This document shows positions 1 to 9,389 of a stretch of 64,000 bases of DNA, piece after piece. Made by a program: the position numbers and the translations under genes. The stretch comes from an uncultured virus (IMG/VR IMGVR_UViG_3300022223_000003) (Duplodnaviria; Heunggongvirae; Uroviricota; Caudoviricetes), in IMG/VR virus record IMGVR_UViG_3300022223_000003; one strand, 5' to 3'. The number at the start of each line of letters is the position of its first letter. Within the stretch, counting starts at the first letter, position 1. The notes beneath the pieces are model-generated. The model worked only from the letters and a program-made list of their open reading frames with translations, did no database searches and was not told where the DNA came from.

Positions 1-462
1 GACCCACGAGCGCACGAAGGCCACGGCCGCACCCGCTGCCGCCCACCAGGGCATGGTGCGGATCATTCCCGGATCTTCCCCGAGGTCCGCGGCGTGGTCG
101 CAGTCGAGCATGAAGGCCGCGTGTTTCGTCTCCGTCTGACGAATGCGCGTCACCCGTCCTTTTCGCTCCTGTTTGCGCCAAAAACCTTCGCTCTTGGCCG
201 TGCGAGGGCCGTAGGAAACGAGACGGTTGCGCTTCTTGCACACGGCCTGGGCAACGGCCTCGTACAGCGCGGTGCCAACACCCTGTCTTTCCTGAAACGC
301 TTTCACGCTGTCGATAGTCCACACCGTCTTGCCTCGAACCTTGCGGTTCATCCGGTAGGCTTTGATGTAGCCCGCCGGTTTGGACTCGCCTTCGCGGTAG
401 GCCTCGAAGCGCATCGATCGGCGCCCGCCGGTGTCCACCTCTCGGATGTCCAGCCGCGCCAT
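1..462 (-). CDS. GNAT-like acetyltransferase-fold protein with hydrophobic segment (3' partial, runs off window)
   Basis: Manual translation from ATG at 462 (ATGA overlap with the upstream gene stop): MARLDIREVDTGG...QERQGVGTALYEAV...SEGFWRK. RQGVGT resembles the acetyl-CoA binding Q/RxxGxG/A motif. Absent from the ORF track because there is no stop inside the window. Confidence 0.5.
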   Translation of the reverse strand, partial: MARLDIREVDTGGRRSMRFEAYREGESKPAGYIKAYRMNRKVRGKTVWTIDSVKAFQERQGVGTALYEAVAQAVCKKRNRLVSYGPRTAKSEGFWRKQERKGRVTRIRQTETKHAAFMLDCDHAADLGEDPGMIRTMPWWAAAGAAVAFVRSWV

Positions 463-731
463 CAGCGCTCCTCGAACGGGCTCGCTCCCCGCATGATGGC
501 ACCCAGAATGGCACCCAGAGTGCCCTGGGGATCTTCGACCAACTCGCTGCTGTCCACGTAGGCGACCTCGACCCCTCGTCTGTCCACGAAGCGGACGTAG
601 GAGACGCCTTCTGGTTCCGCCTGGGTGCTGGGGAACACGAGCTTCTCGCCGCGGACGGTGTCGATCCAGACCTCGTGGTCTTCCACGCCGGGGGGTCGGA
701 GTTGACGGCGGCGTCGCGGTTGTCGGGGCAT
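462..731 (-). CDS. hypothetical phage protein
   Basis: 89-aa ORF tightly packed with its neighbours on the minus strand. Confidence 0.6.
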   Translation of the reverse strand: MPRQPRRRRQLRPPGVEDHEVWIDTVRGEKLVFPSTQAEPEGVSYVRFVDRRGVEVAYVDSSELVEDPQGTLGAILGAIMRGASPFEER

Positions 732-739
732 ATCCTACC

Positions 740-1135
740 TCAAACAGCGGCCGTGGTCGGGATCGGGACTCCGGCCGCTGCCGGACGCGGTGCGGGCTCC
801 CCGCGGGCGATGAGGACGGGCCTGCCGCCCCCCGACCACTGCTGCCAGTTGGTGAAAGCCGCGAGGCCCAGAAGCACCCCGAGACCGCTCAAGGCGCCCA
901 CGAGCATCGGAGGACGCCCCTGACGCTGCTCTGGGGTCTCGTCCATTGCCAGGATGGCTTCTCCGACCGCCAAGACGGCGCTGGTCGCCAGTGTGGCACG
1001 AACGCTCAGTCGCTTGTCTCGGGCCACCGCGAGAAACCCGTTAGCGGCGCCGACCCCGAGACCGAAAATAGCTGGGTGCGTCGCTACCTCTCGCAGCGGG
1101 CTGACGAACTGGAGATCGTAGTTTTGGTCGTACAT
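740..1135 (-). CDS. hypothetical membrane protein
   Basis: 131 aa with several Gly/Ala-rich hydrophobic segments; operon-like packing. Confidence 0.65.
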   Translation of the reverse strand: MYDQNYDLQFVSPLREVATHPAIFGLGVGAANGFLAVARDKRLSVRATLATSAVLAVGEAILAMDETPEQRQGRPPMLVGALSGLGVLLGLAAFTNWQQWSGGGRPVLIARGEPAPRPAAAGVPIPTTAAV

Positions 1136-1138
1136 CGA

Positions 1139-1555
1139 TCAGAGTTCTTCGGCCAGCCTGGCACCCCCCACGAGCGTCAAAAGCGCCCAACCAGCCCCCA
1201 CCGCGAAGGGTGCCATGTAGGCCGCGAGCGTCCACCCTGCCACTGTCAGAGGCGGACGCCCGGTTGCGTAGAGCGTCGAGCCTAGCAGCAGCGGCAGCGC
1301 GTATTGCTCCCAGTACGCCAGGCGGTTTTCTTCGAGGATATCGGGGACGAGGAATCCCAAAAGATCGTCGAGACCGCTCAGCGTCGGCTCCGCCGTGAGG
1401 GGGTCGCAGTCGTTTCCTGAACCGATCGGTGTCCCGTCGTAGGCGACGTACTGGCGTTGATTGGGGTTGAGCTGTGGGGCCGAAACCGCCACCGCGTCAA
1501 GCGCGGCGAGATTACGGGCCGGGTCATTGATGTCGATGAAGTCCGGTAGGGCCAT
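1139..1555 (-). CDS. hypothetical membrane protein
   Basis: 138 aa with C-terminal hydrophobic helices; 3-4 nt spacing to neighbours. Confidence 0.65.
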   Translation of the reverse strand: MALPDFIDINDPARNLAALDAVAVSAPQLNPNQRQYVAYDGTPIGSGNDCDPLTAEPTLSGLDDLLGFLVPDILEENRLAYWEQYALPLLLGSTLYATGRPPLTVAGWTLAAYMAPFAVGAGWALLTLVGGARLAEEL

Positions 1556-1559
1556 TCAA

Positions 1560-2270
1560 CTAGCTTACCTGTTTCGTGCCCACAGGACGAGAACCAACCG
1601 CTGACATGTACACCAAAGGGTCAATACGGTTTGGTATGTCCTCGCCAATAATAGGTCGCCCTCTTTTGTCGAGCACCACGTTGGTTTGTACTTCCATGTG
1701 TAAATGTGGGGGCATGTGCGGGCGTGGGTTGGGGCGCACTTTACCGCCTCTGATACGTTTTTGGGTCGAACCTACGGTTCCTATCTGCTCACCCAGATCT
1801 ACCTGCTGTCCCAGGCGGACTTTGATACTGTCCAAATGTGCGTAAAAACTTCTCTTTCCGTCTGGGTGTTTCAGAAGGACCGAGTTGCCGTAGCCGTACC
1901 GCTGACCGTCGGGATATACCCCCTCCACGACACCCTTGTTGATGGCGTTGACAGGGGTCCCTCTCTTGGCAGAGATATCGATACCTTTGTGTACGTGAGT
2001 GGCACTACGTCGCACCCCAAAACGGCCAGTGAATCTTCCTACCGAGACAACCCCTGCGGGTTTCACTGGGCGCGGCTGGGGCCGTGAAGGCGGCGGGGGT
2101 AACAGAGCCCGCGAGACCGGCGGCACAGGTTGACGAACAACAGCAGGCGCCCGTCGCGGTCGTCTGACGGTCAAGACAGCCTCGTCTTCACCTACGTCGA
2201 TATCCCAACGACGTTTGGCAACAACAGCAGCGACACCGCCACCAAACAGCAATAACAGAAGTAGAGGCAT
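1560..2270 (-). CDS. M23 family metallopeptidase (peptidoglycan hydrolase) with N-terminal membrane anchor
   Basis: HKGID (HxxxD), GYGN, YAHL and PHLH (HxH) motifs of M23/LytM; hydrophobic N-terminus. Confidence 0.9.
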   Translation of the reverse strand: MPLLLLLLFGGGVAAVVAKRRWDIDVGEDEAVLTVRRPRRAPAVVRQPVPPVSRALLPPPPSRPQPRPVKPAGVVSVGRFTGRFGVRRSATHVHKGIDISAKRGTPVNAINKGVVEGVYPDGQRYGYGNSVLLKHPDGKRSFYAHLDSIKVRLGQQVDLGEQIGTVGSTQKRIRGGKVRPNPRPHMPPHLHMEVQTNVVLDKRGRPIIGEDIPNRIDPLVYMSAVGSRPVGTKQVS

Positions 2271-2331
2271 CCAGGTGTCTCCAGCCTCTCAGCCTACCCT
2301 GCAACCCCCTGCAAAAGAAACCCCAGACACC

Positions 2332-2375
2332 TAAAAAAGGGAGCGCCCCGCCGGAATGGACCAACCGGCGGGGCG
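2332..2375 (-). terminator. GC-rich hairpin followed by a T tract on the minus strand (possible intrinsic terminator)
   Basis: CGCCCCGCCGG...CCGGCGGGGCG inverted repeat at 2344-2375 with AAAAAA at about 2333-2338. Confidence 0.45.
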
Positions 2376-2752
2376 ACTTGAAAGGGACCGGATTGGCGAC
2401 CTACCACACCCGGAGGACATCCACAGGCTCGACGTCTTGCTCATAACGTAAGGCGCGTTTGCACGTTTGTCCAGCGTTGCCCAGCTTTTATATACCAACT
2501 GGTCGGTTTGTAAGCATTTCGCCCAAACCGGCAGCGTGGATCGCCCTCGCGTCTGTTGTCCAAAACGGCGGTGTGGATCACTTCCAAAAGACGTCAAACG
2601 ACCTGCACGATCACAGCCTGCTTGTGCTCCCTCCGGGAGACAACCACCAGATGTAGCGGTACGAGAACAATACCGATCCCTTTTCTTGACAGCAGCTCGT
2701 CCTTTGGTTCATGGTGCCAAGACGACCTACTGCACGATGAAGGGCTGACTCG

Positions 2753-5074
2753 ATGCAACATACTGGGGGGTCTGTCGACCCCGACACCGTCTTGCGGTGG
2801 GCGCAGTATTACGCTTTCACCATGGGTTGGGTGATTCAACCGATCACGAAACTGATCGGCTACCAGGCCAATGGCGCCCCGATCTGCTCGTGTGAACTAA
2901 CAGGGAAGCGCTGGAACAACTGCAACCCAGAGAAGCCGGGTAAACATCCATGGCGCGGGTGGAAGCAAGCTCCCATGGAGACGCCCGAGCAAGGCTACGC
3001 CACCTTCTTGGATATCTGGCAGCAGTATCCGCATGGGGTCAACATCGGAGTACGAACGGGGCGGGTGTCCGGGATCTGGGCGATCGATCTGGACATGGGG
3101 GGAAACAAAAACGGTGTCGCCGATCTGGATAAATGGTTGGCAACGAAAGGGCTAACCTGGGGGGATATCGAAACGCTCGGTGCGCTCACAGGTGGCGGCG
3201 GTTACCACTACATCTTTCAATACCCAAACGACATAGAGAAGATCACAACCGTTGCACCGCACCCTGAAATGGGCCCCGCGGTGGATATCAAAGGGGATGG
3301 TGGTTACATCCTCGTCGCCCCGTCGCTGCATGCGTCGGGGCGTTTTTATGCGTGGAACAACGACACCATAAGCCCCGAGTTGATCAAAACCGCACCACAA
3401 CAGGTGGCACAAGCTGTCCGCAAGAAGCAACGCGGGGCGGGCAACGTCGACGTCCAGTACACCCCTACAGTCGAAGAGCTGCGCGACTACGCCGACGAGC
3501 TGAGCAGGAAAAAAAGCAGCCGCTCGAAAATAGTGGGGAAGAACATGATCGCGGCGTTGCAGGGGCTACCCATCGCCGAAGACGGCGGTGCACACGACGC
3601 TTATCGGGATGTGATGTATTTCATCGCTAAACGGTGGCCGCGCTGCGATCCAGCCGAGATCCTCTCGCATTTTGAGGAGTCTGTGGCGGCGCGCTTCGCA
3701 CACAAGGCCAACGCCTCCACCGACATGAACAACCTGATGGACTCGATGTTCACCGCTCTGGAAAAAGCGAACGACGAGGCGAAGAGCTGGATTGGTCAAG
3801 TCGCAACCAGCGAGAGCGGCAACCCAGTAGCCACCGACGCGAACATGCTTCTGTACTTCCGCAACCACGAAGCGTGGAAAGACGTCATCGGCTACAACCT
3901 GCGTCGCAACCGTCCCGCCTATTTGAAGAAACCACCGCTGCCTGATCGGGAAGCGGGTGTCATCGAGATGGCCAACGACAAGGCCGAGATCTCACTTTGG
4001 TTTCAGAGCCGCGCCTTGATGCGCGGCAAGATCAGCGAGAAAGACCTCAACTCGGCTCTTGTAGGCGCGGCTCGCGAAAACCGCTTCGACCCCCTTGCTG
4101 ATCTCATCAGAAGTTTACACGGCACCTGGGACGGCATAGGACGTCTGGAGACCGCGCTCCAGCGCGTTGCAGGCACCCCTGACGGGGAGTGGCCCCGGCT
4201 GATCTTTCCCTTGTGGATGAAGAGTCTCATCGCCCGCATCATCTGGCCGGGCTGCAAAGCCGACACGATGTTGATCTTGGAGGGGCGTCAGGGACTAAAG
4301 AAGTCGACGTTCTTCAGCTCGCTGCTCCCCGACCGCCACTACTTCTCCGACTCGTTGAACAAAGTGAAGCACGACATCGAGTCCATCCGCCTCATACACA
4401 GCGGCCCCTGCATCTTTGAGTTAGGCGAGCTGAGCGGGCTACGCAAACCGGAGGTGGAGGAGATCAAGGCCTTCCTCTCGGCCTACCAAGACGACCTGCG
4501 CCCGCTCTATGAGCCGCCTCGAACGACCGACCGCCGGTGTGTCTTCGTCGGGACGACCAACCGCGCCGACTACCTGCGCGACGAGACCGGCGCCCGTCGC
4601 TTCTGGCCAGTGAAGATCACGCACAAGATCGACATCAAGACCGTCTACGAGGAGCGCGAGCAGTGGTTCGCCGAAGCTCTCCACCGCCTCGCGTGTGGTG
4701 AGATTTGGTGGATTGAAGACGAAGTCGGTGACCTGCTCGCCGAGACTGAGCAAGAGGAGCGCTACGAAGAGGACATCTGGGAGCCGCCGATCAGGACGTG
4801 GCTCGCCGACCGCCGGGTGCCGGAGCCCGAAGGGGGTGCGACCAACGCGACGGACCAGATGACCCAGATGATCAACAAGGAGAGAGCGGGCGACTACGTC
4901 ACGACCATTCAGGTCGCTCTCCACGCCTGCAAGATGGAGCTGAAGAACGCGAGAACCTCTGAAGGAATAAGAATCAATAAAATATTACGCCGGTTGGGGT
5001 GGGAACCCGGACGCGTAACGGAGAACGGGGTGCAAATAAGGGTGTGGTTACGCCCGGAAACTAATAAAAAATAG
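2753..5074 (+). CDS. bifunctional primase-polymerase (Prim-Pol) fused to a VirE/VapE-like P-loop helicase
   Basis: N-terminal CSC...PGKHP, NIGVRTG, IDLD, TGGGGYHY and DIKGDGGYILVAPS motifs; C-terminal PGCKAD, LEGRQGLKKSTF (Walker A), FVGTTN and DETGARRFWPV motifs. Confidence 0.92.
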   Translation: MQHTGGSVDPDTVLRWAQYYAFTMGWVIQPITKLIGYQANGAPICSCELTGKRWNNCNPEKPGKHPWRGWKQAPMETPEQGYATFLDIWQQYPHGVNIGVRTGRVSGIWAIDLDMGGNKNGVADLDKWLATKGLTWGDIETLGALTGGGGYHYIFQYPNDIEKITTVAPHPEMGPAVDIKGDGGYILVAPSLHASGRFYAWNNDTISPELIKTAPQQVAQAVRKKQRGAGNVDVQYTPTVEELRDYADELSRKKSSRSKIVGKNMIAALQGLPIAEDGGAHDAYRDVMYFIAKRWPRCDPAEILSHFEESVAARFAHKANASTDMNNLMDSMFTALEKANDEAKSWIGQVATSESGNPVATDANMLLYFRNHEAWKDVIGYNLRRNRPAYLKKPPLPDREAGVIEMANDKAEISLWFQSRALMRGKISEKDLNSALVGAARENRFDPLADLIRSLHGTWDGIGRLETALQRVAGTPDGEWPRLIFPLWMKSLIARIIWPGCKADTMLILEGRQGLKKSTFFSSLLPDRHYFSDSLNKVKHDIESIRLIHSGPCIFELGELSGLRKPEVEEIKAFLSAYQDDLRPLYEPPRTTDRRCVFVGTTNRADYLRDETGARRFWPVKITHKIDIKTVYEEREQWFAEALHRLACGEIWWIEDEVGDLLAETEQEERYEEDIWEPPIRTWLADRRVPEPEGGATNATDQMTQMINKERAGDYVTTIQVALHACKMELKNARTSEGIRINKILRRLGWEPGRVTENGVQIRVWLRPETNKK

Positions 5075-5370
5075 GTACCGAAGGTAATAAAAAATGTTTC
5101 TACGAATAAAAAACTCGTTTTACGCGTGAATAAAAAACACCTCAACGGATAAAATATTGATTTCCGCGTGAATAAAAAATACCTAAACGGATAAAATATT
5201 GATTTCCGCGTGAATAAAAAATGGGTTTCAAGATGAATAAAAAATGCAAAAAACTATTTTTTATTATTATTTATTCTCTTTTTAGACAATAAGACATCTA
5301 AAGACATCTAAATAGGTACCCCTCTATCGGTCGGTAATATGAAGGAATAAAATATTAATTTATATTCTTT
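5075..5370. repeat. AT-rich iteron region, probable replication origin
   Basis: 42-bp direct repeats CGCGTGAATAAAAAAyACCTmAACGGATAAAATATTGATTTC at 5123 and 5165, partial at 5207; further GAATAAAAAA copies; strongly AT-rich island directly after the primase-helicase gene. Confidence 0.75.
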
Positions 5371-5844
5371 GTACCCCTATAAAGGGCAGGGGTACCCCTT
5401 TGAGTGTCTGGCGGTGTCTTTCGAGGAAAAACCCAATGATCTCGCGTTTTTACCATTTTCTATTCGGATGTCTGACCCTTCTACGGGTGCCTTGGAGGGC
5501 GAAAAGCCGGGAACAGCCTTCGCGGGTGCACCACTCGACCCTCTGCGGAGGTAACCGACACTTGCGAGGCAAGGGCCACTGCTACGACACCAGCTGGCGG
5601 TGCATCTTCTGCGGACATCGACCGCCACCCGCCGAGCGGGTCGGTTGGGGGAAACCGTGATCGAGGACGGACCTCGGATCATCTGGGAGGTGGGAGACCG
5701 TGTCGCGCTCGACCACTGGCGTGGCGTTGTCGTCGAGGTCTACCCCATCCCTTACGAGAGCGACATCTTCGGTGTGTTCGTGCAGTGGGACCACGGGCCG
5801 CGGGGGCGGTACTACGAACACGTCGTCGAACCGGAGAAGAAGCG

Positions 5845-6180
5845 ATGACGAGTCAGCGTTGGCATCAAGGCGGTTTCGCCACATTGCGCGAAGCTCGCGA
5901 CTACTTCCGGCGGCTCTTGCATCTACACCTCGAAAAGAACCCGTGCGAGATGCTCCCCAACAACGGTTATCTGGCGTGGCTCATCGAAGACGCTCCCTGG
6001 GAGGCGACCATCGTTGCGTTCACTACCGAGGTTGATGGCCGCGGTAACCACCGCTTCGTCGCCGTCGCTCGTGATGGCACCTTGCATCCCTTCAGCACCA
6101 ACGGCGCTTTGCACGGCGACTGGACACCACCGAGGCGACCACCTAACCCTGACAACCCGATGGGAGATTTGAAGACGTGA
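5845..6180 (+). CDS. hypothetical protein
   Basis: ATG at 5845 overlaps the upstream stop; packed phage operon. Confidence 0.55.
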   Translation: MTSQRWHQGGFATLREARDYFRRLLHLHLEKNPCEMLPNNGYLAWLIEDAPWEATIVAFTTEVDGRGNHRFVAVARDGTLHPFSTNGALHGDWTPPRRPPNPDNPMGDLKT

Positions 6181-6563
6181 AGAAAGAATGGACACCGATC
6201 GAAGACCTCGCGCTCGACAAGATGCACACGTTCGAGGATGGAACCCCAATCCTGGTCGCACGACCGACCAACCCTGAGCTGGCTATCGCCATCATGAAAG
6301 ACATCGTGGGCGGCGACAAACAGAGCTGGGAGGCGGCGCAAGAACGCCTGAACGAAGAGTGTGGGCCTTACACCTTCGTTGGGTTCTGGGGGCGCCCTCC
6401 CAAGCTGCGAGGGATGACCAAGCACCGTGCGAGACAGAAACCGCCGGACGACTACCTCGTCAACGAGCGCGGGGAGAAGATAGGAGAGGTCGAACCTGGC
6501 GATTCGTTCGTCCACACCACTTTCTTCGATGGCGCCACTGCACCCGACGCGGAGACCAACTGA
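6177..6563 (+). CDS. hypothetical protein
   Basis: 128-aa ORF overlapping both neighbours. Confidence 0.6.
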   Translation: MKKEWTPIEDLALDKMHTFEDGTPILVARPTNPELAIAIMKDIVGGDKQSWEAAQERLNEECGPYTFVGFWGRPPKLRGMTKHRARQKPPDDYLVNERGEKIGEVEPGDSFVHTTFFDGATAPDAETN

Positions 6564-6772
6564 TGGAAGAGTACGATCGCAACCACGTTTCTTGCGAAGC
6601 GCGTGCTATCGCAAAAGGGGACCTAGCAATCCTCGTCGACATCGACGGTGACGAACACTGGATACCCGACTCGCAGGTACACGATGATTCAGAGGTCTAC
6701 CAGAAAGGCGACGAAGGTACACTCATCATCACGAAGTACATCGCGAAGAAGAGAGGGCTCTGGGAGGACTAG
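6563..6772 (+). CDS. small phage protein (WIPxSQ-type)
   Basis: MEEYDRN...HWIPDSQVHDDSEV; TGATG coupling to the upstream gene. Confidence 0.6.
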   Translation: MEEYDRNHVSCEARAIAKGDLAILVDIDGDEHWIPDSQVHDDSEVYQKGDEGTLIITKYIAKKRGLWED

Positions 6773-6777
6773 CCGCC

Positions 6778-8190
6778 ATGAATATGATTCTACCACAGAC
6801 AATACCAATCTTGCTGGACAAGCGCCCGCAGGGGGTGGTATTGTCTCCCTCCCAGATCAACACCTGGGATTTGTGTCAACGTCGATGGGCCTTCGAGTAC
6901 ATCCTGAAAATCAAACCTCCACCCAACGCCTCTGCGCAGTTGGGGAGCGAGGTACACAAACACCTGGAGAACTGGCTGCGCAACGCGACACCTCCGCCCA
7001 ACACCAAATCAGGAGATATCGCCCGCAGCATGATCAAAAACTTGCCGCCCCCGGGCAGCGGCGCGGTCGAGCGGCGTTTCTATTTCCAGACAGCGCTTGG
7101 GCACTTCTACACAGGTTTCATCGATCTGTCGGGGATCTTCGATCTCCCAACCGTCACCGATCACAAAACCACAGGCGACATCGAACGCTACGGCAAAACC
7201 GAAGACGATTTGCACAACGATGTTCAAGCATTGATCTACGCGGTGGCTGCTTTCGTCGGTTTCGGCACCGACACGCTCCAACTTTTCTGGAACTACGGAG
7301 AGACGAAAAAGCGCCACAACCGCTACAACACCAAGGCCGTCAAGACGGTCGTCCGTCTACCTGTCGTGCAGCAGAAGTTCGAGAACATCATCGAGCCCGC
7401 CGCAGCAGAGATTCTCTGGCACTACGGAAACCAAACCGATCCCCACAGTTTTCCACCCACCCTCAGCGCGTGCAGTGCTTACGGTGGGTGCCCGCACCAG
7501 CAACGGTGTCAAATCAGTGATCAACAACGATTGGATGGAATGATGACAGCTCCAGGACAAGGACAAGGTTCGATGGCCGATCGCATGGCCGCCCTCGGCG
7601 GCAACGGCGTGCAACAGCAACCGGGTTTCGCCCCACAGCAACCCGGAGGGCAGCCGCCGATGCAGCCGCCGATGCAGCCGCCGATGCAGCCGCCGATGCA
7701 GCCGCCGATGCAGCCGCCGATGCAGCCGCCGATGCAGCCACCGATGCAGCTGCCGATGCAGCTGCCGACCACGCAACCGATGATGAGCCCCCCGCAACCG
7801 GGGGTGCAACAGCCGACCCAGGCGCCGCCGTTGCCCAACCACCCGCCGCCGGGAGCCCAGTCACCCCAACAGGCCCAACAAGCCGCCCAACAACCCCAAG
7901 GTGTCCAACCGCCGCCCCAACAACCCTCACAAGGGGCGCAGCCTCCCTATTCGCCCCAACAGGCCCCCAACCCGCCCGAAAACACCCAGGGCGCGGCTCC
8001 GTCGCCCGCCGAGACCACCAAACGCGGACCCGGGCGCCCGCCGGGGGTCAAGAACAAGACCCTCAACGCCGAGCAGCAGGTTTTCATGATGGGAGTCAGA
8101 GCTGGGATGCGAGCGGGTCAAACTGACCCCGCGGTTCTCGTCCAAGCCGGTGATCTGGCGCTCGCCGCCTTCACGCAGAAGTTCGGCTGA
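6778..8190 (+). CDS. PD-(D/E)XK Cas4/RecB-like exonuclease with Pro/Gln-rich tail and AT-hook-like motif
   Basis: LSPSQ..W..CQRRW, GSEVH, GFIDL, DHKT and Q...Y motifs; one N-terminal Cys plus C-terminal C..YGGCPH...C (Fe-S type arrangement); KRGPGRPPG near the C-terminus. Confidence 0.85.
   Translation: MNMILPQTIPILLDKRPQGVVLSPSQINTWDLCQRRWAFEYILKIKPPPNASAQLGSEVHKHLENWLRNATPPPNTKSGDIARSMIKNLPPPGSGAVERRFYFQTALGHFYTGFIDLSGIFDLPTVTDHKTTGDIERYGKTEDDLHNDVQALIYAVAAFVGFGTDTLQLFWNYGETKKRHNRYNTKAVKTVVRLPVVQQKFENIIEPAAAEILWHYGNQTDPHSFPPTLSACSAYGGCPHQQRCQISDQQRLDGMMTAPGQGQGSMADRMAALGGNGVQQQPGFAPQQPGGQPPMQPPMQPPMQPPMQPPMQPPMQPPMQPPMQLPMQLPTTQPMMSPPQPGVQQPTQAPPLPNHPPPGAQSPQQAQQAAQQPQGVQPPPQQPSQGAQPPYSPQQAPNPPENTQGAAPSPAETTKRGPGRPPGVKNKTLNAEQQVFMMGVRAGMRAGQTDPAVLVQAGDLALAAFTQKFG
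7651..7767 (+). repeat. 12-bp tandem repeat (CAGCCGCCGATG) encoding QPPM x8 plus QLPM
   Basis: directly visible tandem array inside the nuclease gene. Confidence 0.95.
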
Positions 8191-8408
8191 TGATCGACCT
8201 CGGCAAGCTGTCGAAGCTGCGCGGCTGGCTCGACGTGGCCCTCAAGGTCATGGAGAAAAACGGCTTGCCTACCGATGCGCGGCTCAAGGGCGTCACGCCA
8301 ACTCCCAGCGGGGTCGTCCTCCACATGGAGGACGACACCCACTGGAAGGTGTCGGTCAACATCACGAAGATCGACGGCAACCCCACGCGAGAGGATTACT
8401 CGTCATGA
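8190..8408 (+). CDS. hypothetical protein
   Basis: TGATG-coupled 72-aa ORF. Confidence 0.6.
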   Translation: MIDLGKLSKLRGWLDVALKVMEKNGLPTDARLKGVTPTPSGVVLHMEDDTHWKVSVNITKIDGNPTREDYSS

Positions 8409-9044
8409 TCACCGTCACGTCGGTGCGGCTCCCCAACGTCGCGGTCGGAGAGGAGTTCACGCTCGAACTTCTCGACTGCATGGTCGCTCTTCGAGCTGGA
8501 ATCGATCCGGGTGGGGGTGTCCCTACCGTCTGGTTTCAACACGCACTCTCTTTGGAAAAAACCCCTACCGAAACTGTGGAGCGCCGTTTCGTCGTCGTCG
8601 AGCACACACTCGGGCAAACGGCGCACAAAGATGTTGGCGGACGTGTTGTCGTTCACCTCGGCATGTGGTGGGCGGCGGCTTCGACCTACCACCTATTCGA
8701 GATCTTTCCCCGAAACCCGGAACCCTGATCCAAAGCTACATCACGCGGGTCAACACCTGCGTCGTCAAGTGCGAGTGCCCAATGCAGGAGGCAGCACCGT
8801 GATGTTGAAGGTCCAGTTCGATGGTTGACAGTAAAAAACTGACATCTTCCCAGGGGACCGAAACATCTCGGCAGAAGGTTGAGACCGCGGCGAATAAACT
8901 TCGTGAAGCCATGGCTGCATTGCAGGCACTCGACGAAACAACAGACAACGAACACCTCATCGTTTACGCAACCGATGGTGTTTACAGCGCCATCGGGTAT
9001 GTAGATACGATTCTGAATCGTATCGACGCCCCGGAGGGTAGCTG

Positions 9045-9389
9045 GTGAAGCGGACTCTGTGCTACGTCTGCGGCAAGAACGTGGCCTTGAAAAGCGACGG
9101 TACGATACGCTTCCACGGACAACGCCGAGTTCAAGGGAAGCTCGCAGGTATCGGTTGCCCAGGATCAGGTCAATACCCCTCGAAACAAATGCCTACTCTA
9201 GAAACACCAGACGAACTCGCTGAGGCCATCGCAACGATGCTCGGATACTACGGCACCCACGACGACACAGGCGGTGGTTGTGATCGCGGCTGCCGCCTGT
9301 GTTTCACCACTGACATGGCCGATCGCATCCGACGCGCTCGGGACAACGAGCAGTTACTTCAAAAACAACACATTGCGAGTGCCGGGTGA
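9045..9389 (+). CDS. hypothetical Zn-ribbon protein
   Basis: CYVCGK...H...CPGSG motif. Confidence 0.55.
   Translation: MKRTLCYVCGKNVALKSDGTIRFHGQRRVQGKLAGIGCPGSGQYPSKQMPTLETPDELAEAIATMLGYYGTHDDTGGGCDRGCRLCFTTDMADRIRRARDNEQLLQKQHIASAG

Noticed and set aside
94..561. 155-aa plus-strand ORF
   Set aside because: Opposite a better-supported minus-strand GNAT-like gene coupled to its neighbour
7357..7930. Minus-strand ORFs with LHRR, CIGG and ASAA repeats
   Set aside because: Antisense shadows of the QPPM tandem repeat
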